A stretch of 34,974 nt of DNA from Thraustochytrium aureum (lineage: Eukaryota): contig BLSG01000120.1 of the NCBI GenBank assembly GCA_012862495.1, forward strand, positions 43,984 to 78,957. The letters run 5' to 3'. The notes beneath the pieces are model-generated. The model saw only the letters and a program-made list of their open reading frames with translations, did not search any database and was not told the DNA's origin. The position numbers and the translations under genes were made by a program. This document shows, piece after piece, positions 1 through 12,924 of the stretch. Position 1 is the first letter of the stretch; each line of letters starts with the position of its first letter.

Positions 1-2512
1 GGTTGACCTCAAGCAGCCAAGGGTGGAGCCTGTCGTCCAGCAGGAGGTCGATCCCGTAGAGCTCGAAGGAGCGCTCGCGGTGGACTACTTTGTTGAGTCC
101 TGCGCGGAGCGCGTTCAGGCACGCGCCGTCGATGCGGCGTCCAAGCTCTGCCGCATCAATCGGGTTGCTCCCGCCCAAGACGCCCTCGCCAAGCAGGAAA
201 TTCGCCAGCTCCGTCTCAGTTAGGTACTCAACCTGACTCTGACCGCTAAAATTGCACAGGTGCACGGCCCGCTCACGCAGCTTGCCTGGCTTGAGCGAGA
301 AGGCTTCGCGCGACATCCGGCAGTAGAATGGGTGGTACACCCAGGCGCAGAGGGGCGCCCAGCTCGTCACGAGGGCCCACACGCGCAGGTCAAACTTGCG
401 CCGCCCCGGCCCCAGGAGCGGGTTCTCCACGTACTTTTGCACGATGCGCGCGCCGCTCATCCGCTGCGCGTCGCGAATCACCTTGTCAAGCGACGCGTTG
501 ATCGCGACTCCAGCGCCCCTGCTCTTGTCGCCCGGCTTGACGATCCAGACGTTCGAAACCCGTTGATGCGCCACTGCGGGTCCCGGCGTTCCAGCGCCAT
601 TGCCACCTGGCGCGCTTTCTCGCCGAGCTCGGTCCATGGCCCCGAGCTGCCCGCGCGGCACCTTCCGACCTCGTCCACAAGCTCCTCGGCGAGGCGGCGG
701 CTCCCTTCGAGGACGAGTTCCCACTCGCTCTGCGATAGCGCGCCGGTCGCGCTTCCGACTTGGCCGCCGAGGCGTAGCAGCCGCCTTTCGCACGCAGCGA
801 GCGAAAGCCGCACGATCTGCTCGCCGACATGCCTGGCGCATTCGCTAGCGCCGCGCGCTGCGACCAGGCGGACGACGCTTGCTGCCGCTGTCCGGCGATA
901 GTCTGAGACAAACGAGCCGATGTCGGCGTCCGAGCTAAGCGTGTAGCAACGCGGCATGACAGTCTCCGGGTCGACCCCGCTCGTCCAAACGAGCTCGGGC
1001 ATGTTTGCGACTAGCCCGCGCTTGGTGGTGATCTCGTCGTTCTTGGCAAAGTGATTGAAGTGCACATGAGTTGCGCGCCCCAGCGTGTCGTACTCGTCAA
1101 GGTCATCTGTGCTGATTAATAAGTCGACCGGCCCGAGCCGATTTGGCGTGCGCCCGCGCTGAGACGCGGCGCCGAGGTGGGCACTTTCGCGCTTTTCCCA
1201 GTTGCGCTCCTCAAGAGCCGCTTGTAGCCACCCGAGCCCAGAACCTCCTGCTCCTCGGACAGCGAAGGTGCGGTGCTCGATATGGCTCGTCCCGGGGGGC
1301 TCGCCTCCTTCACCCGCATTGCGCCGCGCCGCCTCCCCCTCCGCTTTGGTCCTGCTCCGTCGCGAAAACCCCTCTTTGCGCAGCAGGCTTGGGACCCCAG
1401 GAGCGGCAGGATGACGGTTCGTTGTCTGGGACTCGGCCGTCTGCGGCTCGGCCGTCCGCAGATCGGCCCTCTGCGGCATGAGCATCTGCAGCTNNNNNNN
1501 NNNNNNNNNNNNNNNNNNNNNNNNNNNNNNNNNNNNNNNNNNNNNNNNNNNNNNNNNNNNNNNNNNNNNNNNNNNNNNNNNNNNNNNNNNNNNNNNNNNN
1601 NNNNNNNNNNNNNNNNNNNNNNNNNNNNNNNNNNNNNNNNNNNNNNNNNNNNNNNNNNNNNNNNNNNNNNNNNNNNNNNNNNNNNNNNNNNNNNNNNNNN
1701 NNNNNNNNNNNNNNNNNNNNNNNNNNNNNNNNNNNNNNNNNNNNNNNNNNNNNNNNNNNNNNNNNNNNNNNNNNNNNNNNNNNNNNNNNNNNNNNNNNNN
1801 NNNNNNNNNNNNNNNNNNNNNNNNNNNNNNNNNNNNNNNNNGGCGCGACCGAGGCGGCGCGTTGCGCTCGGTGCGTTCGGTTCTTGCGACGGTGCACCTT
1901 TGCGCCCAACTCTTCAAGAGTCTGGCCACACTGCACGGTGACCGCCCCGCCAGCAGCGACGCTCTCACTGCTGGGCGTCTCTGCAACTGAAAAGGGCGCC
2001 TTCTCCTCCAAGGCCCTCCCGTGCCTCGGCCGCCCATAGCTGGACTGCACACGTTTCCGCCTAGAGGCTGCCGTGGCGCTTGGCGGTCGCTCGCGGCGCG
2101 GAATTCCGTCCCTCGGCGTAAACGAGCGCGCCGCTACGCGCGGCTCGTACGTAGCACGCCCTTCCTCGAGGCCGAGCGTGGGCACGTTGTTCCAATACGT
2201 TGGATTTGCGGTCTCCATTTCAGACTCGCTCCCCGCGAGTCTCGCCACTTCCTCGTCGGCATCGGCTGCCCTCGCTTCCCATCTCACGCTCTCGTTTCGC
2301 CATTCCTTCCTTCCAGGAGGCCCGTGGTCGGCCTGCCCAAGGTCGTCCAGCGTTGGCAACGGCATACGGCTCCCCCCTGGGACGCCATCCTCCTCCACTC
2401 GCGCGTCAGCTTCCACATCGTCAGAAACCCACTTGGCCCGCGCACCAGTAGCACTGCTCTTCGCCCGAGGCCTTGTCGCCGCAGCGCTCGAGGGCCTGAC
2501 CAAGCGCGACAT
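1..2512 (-). CDS. TTLL3: Tubulin-tyrosine-ligase-like protein, TTLL3/TTLL8 (tubulin glycylase) type; 3' end runs off the window, interrupted by an N-gap and one frameshift near 555
   Basis: The 478..2052 frame gives NHFAKNDEITTKRGL...PRCYTL...FVSDYRRTAAASVVR, typical of TTLL3/8. After a 1-nt shift near 555, my manual translation of 556->1 (absent from the ORF track) gives NVWIVKPGDKSRGAG...IVQKYVENPLL...RKFDLRVWALVTSW...HLCNFS...SFELYGIDLLLDDRLHPWLLEVN, the TTL catalytic core. The start ATG at 2512 (MSRLVRPSS) is tentative. Confidence 0.85.
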
Positions 2513-2916
2513 GGTCGGGGCGCCCGGCGCCGTCGAAGCCGTCCTTCTCGGCCTTGTTTGGAAGGACCAGGTCGGCCCGGACCGACGCCAGCCTGGACAG
2601 ACGCCAGCCCCGCAGGGACCACGGGCAGACGGACGTCGAGCCGCTCGCAGCCGNNNNNNNNNNNNNNNNNNNNNNNNNNNNNNNNNNNNNNNNNNNNNNN
2701 NNNNNNNNNNNNNNNNNNNNNNNNNNNNNNNNNNNNNNNNNNNNNNNNNNNNNNNNNNNNNNNNNNNCGTTAAAAGTCGCCGCATGCACGATTCCGACGT
2801 GGACCATGCTTGGGCTCGCGACCGCCTTGGACGGTCTTGCTGCGCTTGGTGCGCGCGCTCGCAGGCGGCGGCGTGGAGGATGGATGGCGGGGCCTTGGCT
2901 GGCTTTGGATGGGGAC

Positions 2917-4581
2917 TTAGGCTGGACTGTGGCCTGCGTTGGCGGGCGCGCTTGGGGCGAGGGGGAAAGGGTCCGTGGTCTCAAGGTTGACGTCGCTCAA
3001 TCCTTGTGGCATGAAGGATGCGTGCGAGCGCTTCTGCGGAGGGCCAGGTGGCCGGCTGGGTGAGTCGGCGTCCGCTTTGGCAATGCGCGGATCGAGCCGT
3101 CTGGCGAGCGAGAAGGGGCAAGACACTTACGATTTTCATCCCGCTGGACTCGAACGGGAGCTCGAGCCGCAGCGCGTGTAGGTACATTCGCTGCTGGTCC
3201 TGAAAGAATGCGTCAGATGGAGTGTCGGCGAGACGCTGAAACACTGGTCCGTATGTCGCGTCACCAAGGATGGGGAAGCCAAGGTGCAGGAGGTGCAAGC
3301 GGAGCTGATGCCGCCTGCCCTGGACGGGCCGAAGAAGAACCTTGGTGACTTGCTCTCCCCCGAGCCAGCCATATTCTACCGGCACGACCTCCGTTCGCGC
3401 CTCTCGACCGTTTTCCGGGTCGATTACCATGCGAAAGTCGTCCGGGACCGTTGCAATGGGCCCCGAAACCTCGAAGCAAGGCAACGAGCCCGTTGCCGCT
3501 GCGCAGTCTCCATACANNNNNNNNNNNNNNNNNNNNNNNNNNNNNNNNNNNNNNNNNNNNNNNNNNNNNNNNNNNNNNNNNNNNNNNNNNNNNNNNNNNN
3601 NNNNNNNNNNNNNNNNNNNNNNNNNNNNNNNNNNNNNNNNNNNNNNNNNNNNNNNNNNNNNNNNNNNNNNNNNNNNNNNNNNNNNNNNNNNNNNNNNNNN
3701 NNNNNNNNNNNNNNNNNNNNNNNNNNNNNNNNNNNNNNNNNNNNNNNNNNNNNNNNNNNNNNNNNNNNNNNNNNNNNNNNNNNNNNNNNNNNNNNNNNNN
3801 NNNNNNNNNNNNNNNNNNNNNNNNNNNNNNNNNNNNNNNNNNNNNNNNNNNNNNNNNNNNNNNNNNNNNNNNNNNNNNNNNNNNNNNNNNNNNNNNNNNN
3901 NNNNNNNNNNNNNNNNNNNNNNNNNNNNNNNNNNNNNNNNNNNNNNNNNNNNNNNNNNNNNNNNNNNNNNNNNNNNNNNNNNNNNNNNNNNNNNNNNNNN
4001 NNNNNNNNNNNNNNNNNNNNNNNNNNNNNNNNNNNNNNNNNNNNNNNNNNNNNNNNNNNNNNNNNNNNNNNNNNNNNNNNNNNNNNNNNNNNNNNNNNNN
4101 NNNNNNNNNNNNNNNNNNNNNNNNNNNNNNNNNNNNNNNNNNNNNNNNNNNNNNNNNNNNNNNNNNNNNNNNNNNNNNNNNNNNNNNNNNNNNNNNNNNN
4201 NNNNNNNNNNNNNNNNNNNNNNNNNNNNNNNNNNNNNNNNNNNNNNNNNNNNNNNNNNNNNNNNNNNNNNNNNNNNNNNNNNNNNNNNNNNNNNNNNNNN
4301 NNNNNNNNNNNNNNNNNNNNNNNNNNNNNNNNNNNNNNNNNNNNNNNNNNNNNNNNNNNNNNNNNNNNNNNNNNNNNNNNNNNNNNNNNNNNNNNNNNNN
4401 NNNNNNNNNNNNNNNNNNNNNNNNNNNNNNNNNNNNNNNNNNNNNNNNNNNNNNNNNNNCAACGCTGCTCGCTTTCAACCACGCTCTCTTGCTCGGGGCC
4501 GCGTAGGCCGTTGGCAGAGACGCTCGCTGCGTTCTGCTCGAGCCCGTCGCGCTCCTGGGGCGTCTGGCGCGAAAGTGGCAT
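2917..4581 (-). CDS. RluA-family (RPUSD-like) pseudouridine synthase, middle hidden in a gap
   Basis: C-terminal motifs GREARTEV, LLRPVQGRRHQLRLHLLHLGFPILGDATYG and RMYLHALRLELPF. The catalytic HRLD motif would lie in gap 3517-4459. Both ends are uncertain: the stop is at 2981 as read, or at 2917 if there is a frameshift near 3120, and the start ATG at 4581 is tentative. Confidence 0.75.
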
Positions 4582-4826
4582 CCTCGGCGTGCGGCGCACC
4601 AACCAAAGTCACACAAGTAACAGCTTGCGCTCTCTGCAAATGCAGAGTACCAACCAATCTCGGACAATGCATAGTCGAGCAACCCACCCTACCTTGCGGG
4701 CGCAGGCATGACGCCTGAGGCCGAGTCGAACGCCGCGGGTGCGGCCAGAGAGCGCGACACGGGGCTGACTGACTGACGGATGATTGAATTTAAAAGTAAT
4801 GGCTTATGGTCTTCCCGAGCGACGCG

Positions 4827-6284
4827 TCAGGCGGCCTTCGGCGCAGCTGAAGGTGCTGGATACGGCGGCGTCGTGGGCGTTGGAGGCGCCGAGATCGGTT
4901 TGTCAAAGCTGTCGCTGCGCAGCTTGGCCATCTCGTTCGCCTTTGGCTCGGGGACGTACTTGGGCCAGTTCTTGATGCAGCCGATGCCGTTGGAAACCAC
5001 GCCGAGCAATCCAATTATCCAGAGCGGAAGTCGCTTGAAGAACGGAAAGTTTAGCCTGTTGAGCAGGATGCCCAGGTTGGTCGCACACGCCAGGATCTCT
5101 TGCTTTTGCTCGTATGCTGCATGGTCGATCTCCTCGACGCGGGTGTCGCGTTCATTCTCCAGGTGCGGGACATCCACCTCGCAAAACGTGCACAACGTGC
5201 TGCCGAGCGAGTCATATCGCTCCAAGCGCCCCGGACGACGGTCGTTGGGCTTAGCGGCCCCGACTGGCGAGGGCGAATGGCTAAAGCTCGGGTGCTCCCC
5301 GCGAGCGATCGCGATGCGCTCCGCGTACCTGGCGATGATTCTACGCTGTTCCTGGCGAAGAATGTGCACTTGCATGGTGCAGTGCACGAGGGCGAAGATG
5401 AGGCGGGCCAGGGAGGAGTAGTTCTTGCAGTCCTTCCACACCGCTACGCGGCGGTCCGCCGCCGCGCGCACCTTGGTCGCCTCCTTGTGCCGAGCCTGCA
5501 GCGCGATGTAGGCCTCGTACGTCGACGAGGAAGACAGCAGCTTGCGCAGCTCCTCGGTCTCCTCCGACGGGGCGCGGTTGATCAGGTTGTTCTGCGCCGC
5601 CCAGATCATGTTGTCAAATACGTAGTACAGGAAGGAGAACGAGTCCATCGCCACCGCGAGGCAGCGCGTCACGAGCGCCTGGGCGCGCGAGCGCGTCAGG
5701 TTGATCATCTCGTCTGGCGCCGTGAGCGCCACGCGCGCCTTCTCGTACTCCTTGATCCATTTGCCGAGCCGGAAAACTTTGCGGGCGCTCGACATCGAGT
5801 CCTCGATTTTCTTCCACGGCGCCTCGGGGCCGTCCTTGATGCCAAGCAGGTTCACAAACGGCTGCGCCTGCCAGAACATGCACGCGTACTGGATCGTCCC
5901 CGCCACCTTGTCCCGCCCGCTCGACCTTGCCAGAAGCACCGACGAGCGCGCGACCAGCCGCGCCATCGCGCGCTCTGTCTCGTGAACGCGCGACCACATG
6001 TCGCGCACGTGGTCCTGGCGCTCGTGTTTGTCAATCGGCATCTGGAACTGGTTGAAAGCGTAGACCGCCGTGTCCTGGCCCATCGGGTCCGAGCTCTGAA
6101 TCACAAACCGAATGTCCTCATTCTTCTTGAGCGCGGACCGCGCTGGGGGCTCCAGCTCGCTGGACGGCCGTGGAAACGCGCGTCCCCCATCCGACCCTTC
6201 CGCGGCCTCGCGGCCCTGCCCCGCCAGCTCGGTGTGCACGGCCTGCGGCTTCTCCTTAATCGTCACGCTCTTCCTCCTCGCCAT
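4827..6284 (-). CDS. PEX11: PEX11-family peroxisomal membrane protein, about 485 aa, with N-terminal extension and insertions
   Basis: Uninterrupted ORF with the PEX11 hallmarks SSGRDKVAGTIQY, SMSSARKVFRLGKW and YYVFDNMIWA, and C-terminal IIGLLGVVSNGIGCIKNWP. The first ATG is at 6284. Confidence 0.8.
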   Translation of the reverse strand: MARRKSVTIKEKPQAVHTELAGQGREAAEGSDGGRAFPRPSSELEPPARSALKKNEDIRFVIQSSDPMGQDTAVYAFNQFQMPIDKHERQDHVRDMWSRVHETERAMARLVARSSVLLARSSGRDKVAGTIQYACMFWQAQPFVNLLGIKDGPEAPWKKIEDSMSSARKVFRLGKWIKEYEKARVALTAPDEMINLTRSRAQALVTRCLAVAMDSFSFLYYVFDNMIWAAQNNLINRAPSEETEELRKLLSSSSTYEAYIALQARHKEATKVRAAADRRVAVWKDCKNYSSLARLIFALVHCTMQVHILRQEQRRIIARYAERIAIARGEHPSFSHSPSPVGAAKPNDRRPGRLERYDSLGSTLCTFCEVDVPHLENERDTRVEEIDHAAYEQKQEILACATNLGILLNRLNFPFFKRLPLWIIGLLGVVSNGIGCIKNWPKYVPEPKANEMAKLRSDSFDKPISAPPTPTTPPYPAPSAAPKAA

Positions 6285-6435
6285 CCTCCTTCCGCGAGCC
6301 GTCCCGCCCAGCGAGCCGCGCAGCCTTGGGCACTTGATGCGAGTCCACAGCCCGTCCAACCCTCGTCACATCCACTTTTGCGCGCTCGCGACCCACAGCG
6401 GCGCAGCCAAGCTCCTGTCCCGCGCCCGCCGGCCC

Positions 6436-6456
6436 GCACGCACGCACGCACGCACG
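6436..6456 (+). repeat. (GCAC)n microsatellite
   Basis: gcacgcacgcacgcacgcacg upstream of the PEX11 start. Confidence 0.75.
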
Positions 6457-7483
6457 AGGAGGCCACCGCGGCCGCGCTACTGCCCAGTGAGTGCCGCAGA
6501 GCCCCAGCGCGATTGCCTCCGACAGCGCCCTGGGCCCCACGCGCATGCATCGACAGGCGCCGTGCTCGCCGCCGCGCACACCCCACGAGCNNNNNNNNNN
6601 NNNNNNNNNNNNNNNNNNNNNNNNNNNNNNNNNNNNNNNNNNNNNNNNNNNNNNNNNNNNNNNNNNNNNNNNNNNNNNNNNNNNNNNNNNNNNNNNNNNN
6701 NNNNNNNNNNNNNNNNNNNNNNNNNNNNNNNNNNNNNNNNNNNNNNNNNNNNNNNNNNNNNNNNNNNNNNNNNNNNNNNNNNNNNNNNNNNNNNNNNNNN
6801 NNNNNNNNNNNNNNNNNNNNNNNNNNNNNNNNNNNNNNNNNNNNNNNNNNNNNNNNNNNCTCGAGGAAGCCATCATCAGTCGTCGTCGCAGCGGAGGCGA
6901 ACAGGGAGCTGCTCCAGGTCCGGTGGTGCCGTTGCTGGACGGTGCTGGCGGGCGGACCTGACCCGCGTGGACGCCGCCGCCCGTCCATCTTTCTGCCTGC
7001 CGTGGAGGCGCGGCCATGACAGCGGCGGCCAGGCAGACCGCCATGCTTGTGCGCGACGCTGAAGACCGCGCGGCGTCGCTCGGACCTCGCTGCGGGCTCC
7101 GCAGGCTGCTCGGCGCGGGCTCGACGATGACGGCTTCGTTTGTCCGATCGTTTTGCGAGCAGCACGGGGCGCTGCGCGCTTGGGACGGATGGACCTGGCG
7201 GAGGCCGCAACGAGCAGCGTGGCGATTTGCAAGGAAGGGGTGCGGTGGTCGACGCGAGCGTTCTGCCCGCGTATACTCTACTCTACTCTGCACTGCACTG
7301 CTGCGGCGCTGCCCTGGGATTGTGTTGGTTCAATTTGTCCTGCCATACGCGGCGAATGTTTCCAGGAGGTTGCCTTGCTCGGCTTTGCTGGTTGGCGCGG
7401 CGGCCACGGCGTCTGCGTAGTTGAGGTGCTGCGTAGGCCGTGTGCGCGGGCCCCCACGTGCTCGCCGCTCGGGGGTTGGATGG

Positions 7484-10400
7484 CTAGGGCGAATCCGAGC
7501 GCGGAAAGAGAAACGTCTTGTACGTAGTGATGTCAATCTCGCCGTGCGCAGCTTCCTGCACGAGATTGAGCACGGTGTTCTCCAGGACTCTCTCCACGGC
7601 TTGCTGGCACGCAGGCTGCCGAAGCGTCTCGAGGCGCGCTCGAGCCTTGAGACCATTCTCCAAGGCGCGCCCAGAATCGCGCTCAGGTTTGTTGACAAGC
7701 GCCAAAAAGTCGGCGAATGCTGGGGGCTCTTCAGCGCCACTCGCTGCGCGGATGCGCTCCAATTCGCGCTTGACGCTCGGATCAAGGATAGCGCGGCGGA
7801 CCACGGAGTCGAGGCACGGGTCCTCGTCCTCGTGGCACTTTGCCTCGACACCATCAAAGCCCGCGTCCCCGCCGACGTCTACCAGCGCCAACTGAGGTGA
7901 CATCCGGCCATCCTGATCGCGGCCGGTCGGCCCCACGAAGGTGACCTTGGCGGAGCTGCGCGAGTCGTCAATGTGGACGAGCGCACCTTGCAAATGCGCG
8001 GTCACAGTCTGCTCGCTTGGCAGTTGGGACTCCGCGCCCTCGGCGCCTTGTCCGGGCGAGCGCAAAGATCTCGTCGGCGAGCGGCGCGAGCTGCGCATCG
8101 ACGACGAGCGCGACACCGCGCGACGCGGCTTACTGCGCACGCTAGCCTCGCTGACGGTCGTGCCAGTCAGCGCGTCAAGAGCCAACTCGGCCGGTTCGAC
8201 TCTGCAGGAAAGGTCGCAGTCAACAACGAGGCGATGGCAGGCGAGGTTTCGAAGAGTGATCTTGCACAGCGCAAACGCTCCTGGCTCAAGCGTGCCAGAC
8301 GCTGGCACCACCGCAAGCGCACCTTTGACGATCAAGGGATGCGCTTCGTCCCACGAAAACGCGAGCCTCCCGGCAGTTTGATTGCGCACGAACGCAAGCC
8401 TGTGCACCGAAGCGCCGTCCACGACGTCGCCGAAATCAACGACATCGGCTGACAGGGACGCCAGCTGTCCTCGGACGGGGAGAACTTGCTGCCTCGGCGG
8501 CACGCTCCCGGGAACCGCCTTGAATCTGTCCCAAAAACCGTCTCTGGGTGCAACCACGCCTTCCCCTTCGAGGCGAATGCGCACGACGTGGCCGCGGGCC
8601 TCTTTGCTGGCCCCTGCAGGCCTTGCCGCCACCAGGAGATCGCAAGCGTACTGCTTTGCCTCGACCGGGTTGAAAACGAACTCGAGCAAGAGCCGGCCCC
8701 CCTCGGGGACGACGCCCTCCGGGTTGAGACATGTCAGGACCGGGAAATCGTAGTTGTCCCTGTTGAGCTGGTCGATTGCCTCGAGATCAACCCAGTATTG
8801 CGCGGGCTCGCTCGCCGCGTTGATCAAGGCTACGTGCTGCGACAAGGGCTGGTGCTGCCCCAGCCGCGTCGTGGTGAGGACGCGCGTCTCTGCAACAGGA
8901 AACAAGCATGGTGAGCTGGTGTCGCTCGGATTCAGAGTTCGCCCTTGGAGCAAAACACGCAACTGCTTGCCGTCCTTCAGGCAAAGCTTGACCTCCAGGG
9001 CGTGCTCGCCGTCAAAGTCGAGCAATTTGTGCTGGTACGTAAACCGGACGATCGCAGCTTCGCCAGGGCCGAGCACGCCCGAGCGCGGGGTAACCTCAAA
9101 GACACGTTCATCAAGCATGTACGCCTCGCGCACCTCCGCCTCGCAGGGCTCCTTGGACTCTGCCCAGGGCTCGATGTCAATGTCCGACTCGTTCGGGAAC
9201 TTGAAGCAAAAGTCGACCTGAAGCTTGCCAATGTTCTTCACCTGCAGCGCCACCTCCTGCGACGAAGCATTCAAAGGGCGTGGCTCAAATCGAAAGCAGA
9301 CGCGCTCCAGCTGCTCCTCTGCCTTGTGCTGCTTGGCGCCGGTGCAGCGCACAAAGTCGAGCTCGGCGTCCGTGACTTGCTCCAAGAGGAGCTTGTTGAG
9401 CCGTGCGAGTTCGAACTGATCCCAAATACTGGCGGTGCTGGCGCTCGCCGACCGCGCGTCTTCAATTTGCATAGCCGGGTTTGCTGCTGTTCCGCGCACG
9501 GCGCAGAACAGCTCGAGGCTGTTCGCACCAGTTTCGGCCTCTGGCTGCGCGCACGAGCAGACGACCTGAAACGTGTAGGTCCCGCAAACTGTGGGTTGGA
9601 AGGTTGCAGTCACGACCAGTGTCGACCGGGCTCCAACCACAGTCTTCTCGTGGGAGAGGGAGAGGGTGGCCCCCGGCGCGTCCCCAAGAACTTTCAAGCA
9701 GATCGAGACGTCCCCGGCTGAATGGTTGGTCACAGAAAAGCTGCGCTGGGACGCCCCGTTTGCGAGGGTGGTGCCCATGTCGAGCTCCTCGCACTCGAGA
9801 TCCACAAACGCAGACGAACCTTGGCCCACAACGTTGAGCACCTTGCGAACTTGAACGGCGTGCCCCGCCCGCGTCGAAGGAGCAACGCTTCTTGCGAACA
9901 CGACTGCATCGATCTCGTACCTCCGGGTCGCGCTCGGAGTGAATGTCCAGGTCACGCTGGCGGACTCGTTTCCTCGGAGCCGCCCGCGCGCAGGACTCAC
10001 CGCGAGGACGGTCTTGAAGCGCTTTGGGATCCGCCACTCAAAGTCAAGCGGAACGCGCGAGGCGTTGCGAATTACGTACGTGCGCGACGTCGAGAGCCCC
10101 ACGCAAGTCGGGCGGAGAAACATGGTAGGGGCATCGTTGGAAGCCGCTGTCGACCCGCTCTCGCCGATGGCTACATCCGGGGTGCTGCAAAAGCTCGAGA
10201 AGCTGAACACGTGCGTATTCTCGCCCGAGTTGTTGAGCATGCACTTGAGCTTGGCGGAATGGGCGCCAGGGGCGTTGGGCGAGCTGCGAAGGCTGAGGAT
10301 CTGAAACTGGCCCGGCAAAACTAGTCCGGAACGGGGTGTCACGTCAAAGCGGCCCGAAGCATCCCTGGAGAACGAGAACCGAACCGGTGTGTCGCCCGTA

Positions 10401-12618
10401 TTCTCCAGCACAGCAGTGCTAAATACCGCTTCGCCAAGGTGACAGACGGGAAACTCCACAGCGTGTACGTTTGCAGAAGCTGGAGCCGGGGCGTCCCCGT
10501 GCTGGTCGCCGACGTTGCAAGAGTGTACGTGAAAGCGCACTTTCGGTAGAAACTGCTCCGCCCCCGGCTGGAACGTGTGCCCGCTCAGACGAACCGTCAG
10601 GTGCACTGGCGGCACGAAGGCGTCATCGTTGACTAGACGAAACGTCCGGTTGGACTTTAGCTGGACGTATGCCGACGCACTTGCTTGGTAGTAGATGTTG
10701 TCCACGGACGGGCAGAACATTACGCGAAACTCCGCGGTCTGGCCTGGCGCGATGTCTTGCGCCCGTGGAAAGATCTCAAACGGCGCATTGCCGGCGCTGG
10801 CTCCGTTTACAGTCCACGCGCAGACCATCTTGGAGTGGTGGCGGTTGGTCACCAGCAGCGTTCGCTTCTCGGCAGACGCCCGCAAGCGGGAGCCCGCACC
10901 AAAGTCAACCTCGTCCTCGCTCACGCTCACGCTTAACGAGGTGTCCGAGGAGCGAGCAAAAACCTGGCTACAGACAGCGAGCTTGCCGAAGGGCACCGCC
11001 CCTGTGCACGACACGACCGTGTCGTCCTCCGGAAACGGAATCGCGGCAATTCGAGCCGCCGAGGCCGGGTCTGCTGCCAGCTCGCCGAGCCGGGTCGGGG
11101 TCTCCCGGTCCAGGCCAAGCGCCTGCCGCTTTCTGTGGAGGAGGACGTGGCGGTACAAGAGTGGCTGGGGCCGCCTGTCTGCTTGGTTTGGGTCGAAAGC
11201 GGTTCCCACGAGGTCAAAGTAAAGCGGAAACTGGTCCTGCAGCGCGCAAAACACGCGGCGATAGTAATTGCCCACCAAGCGGGGCCGGAATCGCACTGTA
11301 ACTGACTTGCCAAGCAANNNNNNNNNNNNNNNNNNNNNNNNNNNNNNNNNNNNNNNNNNNNNNNNNNNNNNNNNNNNNNNNNNNNNNNNNNNNNNNNNNN
11401 NNNNNNNNNNNNNNNNNNNNNNNNNNNNNNNNNNNNNNCTCTGCGGCTGGGGTCGAGCAGGAACTGGTAGCGGACGGGGGCGTTCGAGGCGTTTGAGATG
11501 TGCAGCACTCGCGTCGGACAGCCGCCACCCTCGCTGATCGCCTCAATGTTGGCCTCCCCGAATTGAACTCCGCAGGTGCTTGGTGATGCTTCATCGATGG
11601 CGCTGGCCCCCACGCCAGCGCCAACGAGAGGTCCAACGCACTGGCCCACGCACTCCACTTCCAGGGCGTTTCCGCCCGGCGTGGCAATCCCAAAGTGGTC
11701 GCAAGAAAATTGCCCGAGGGACCGCGGGTAGAAACGAACCCGGAGAGGGAAAGACTCGCCGGGCGGCACGATCCCTTGTCTCGGCTCCACGAAATGCACA
11801 GGGAGCACGTCTGATTCGACGCGCTTGATTGTGAAGCTCGCTGGAACGAAGGATTGGTTGCGCAGCACAATCTCTCGCTCAACAACAGAGCCGGGGGTCA
11901 CCTCTCCAAAGTCGACGCGGGCGTCGCTGATCGAGATGAACGGGTACTTGCCGATGCCGCTCAATTTGAAAACCACGGGACTCTCGGGCAAGTCTTTGAC
12001 GTGGAGCAGCGCCTTGCTCACGAACACGGAGGCATCTTCAGGGAAAAATCGTGCCGTGAACGTTTGTGACGTGGTGATTTCGCCCCGGGAAGGCTCAACC
12101 GCAAAAGGGCGACGCACCTCCCACCTGTACTGCACGGGAATCGTCCCAGTGTTAACCACCTGGAATGTCCGCTCGGACAGCTCCTTGATTGGCGTAAACC
12201 CAAAGTCCTCGTGCGAGGGCGCTTGCACGGACACCCGAGAGAGTCTCGCCCGAATGGGGATGAAAAACGTCCATGTCAGCTTCTTGTTCTTGATGACAAA
12301 CTCGACGTGGTCGTCGTATGGCTCCAGCCGCGTCGGCCGGAACACGACCTGCACTGGCATGGACATGCCAGGGCTCAGAGTCTTGACTTCGGGGAAGTCC
12401 ATGCTGAAGAACTGCGTCGCCGGCGGCTTGTACTTGAGCTTGATCGTCTCGCTTCCCACATTCTTAACGACCAGCACCTTGGAAAACTCTCCGCCGGGCT
12501 GCCAGGTCCCGCTGCGCCACAACAGCTCGTCCCCGCAGTCGATCCCGAACCTCCTGACCCGTTCATCCCTTTCGTAGTACACCACCTCGCGCGCCGCACC
12601 TTGCGCGGCGGTGTCCAT
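7484..12618 (-). CDS. CFAP65: Cilia- and flagella-associated protein 65 (CCDC108), multiple ASH/MSP Ig-like domains; split by gap 11318-11438
   Basis: The N-terminus FGIDCGDELLW...WQPGGEFSKVLVVKNV...IKLKYKPPATQFFSMDFPEVKTLSPGMSMPVQVVFRP matches CFAP65. There are repeated ASH-like units (VDFG...LRN.S..P..F.W; F.V.P..G.L.PG), plus GNYYRRVFC, FKFPNESDIDIEPWAE and NYDFPVLTCLNPEG. ORFs 10933..12885 and 7484..11317 join across the gap. Confidence 0.88.
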
Positions 12619-12924
12619 CGTCCTCACGGCGCCTCGCTCGCAAAATTCTCGCGCCAAACGTCGCCTCCGCCGCTGCCGCCGCCGCCGCAGCTGCTGCCGC
12701 TCGCGATGTACTGCGACACCAGGTACCGCCGGCGTAACTGCAGGTTGCTGCGCCGGAGATCTAGCTCCTGCGCCCTCCGCAGCTCTGCCGCCGATGCACA
12801 ACCGGGTCTGCCAAGGCAATGTCCTGCTCGGCCTCCGTAGTCGCCAACTCCAACATGCTATACAATGTATGGAGGGCGGACGCATCTGGCCGTTGAACGG
12901 TCACGTGGAGCTCGAGGCACTCAG

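Noticed and set aside
550..562. Programmed -1 ribosomal frameshift at GGGTTT in the TTLL gene
   Set aside because: It is not a full X_XXY_YYZ heptamer, and other shifts in the window share no motif or direction. Sequencing error is simpler.
3120..3135. GTAAGT donor-like site at the 3' end of the pseudouridine synthase
   Set aside because: I could not assign a convincing acceptor that restores conserved sequence. A frameshift or plain read-through explains the region equally well.
5100..7019. Long plus-strand ORFs overlapping real genes (e.g. 5100..7019, 13495..14934, 17276..19549) and minus-strand 25426..27321
   Set aside because: These are antisense shadows caused by high GC3, or are inflated by N-runs. 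They have no recognisable motifs.
12806..12820. X-box-like string gtctgccaaggcaat upstream of CFAP65
   Set aside because: It is an imperfect match and I did not find it upstream of the other ciliary genes. RFX control of ciliary genes is an animal-lineage feature.
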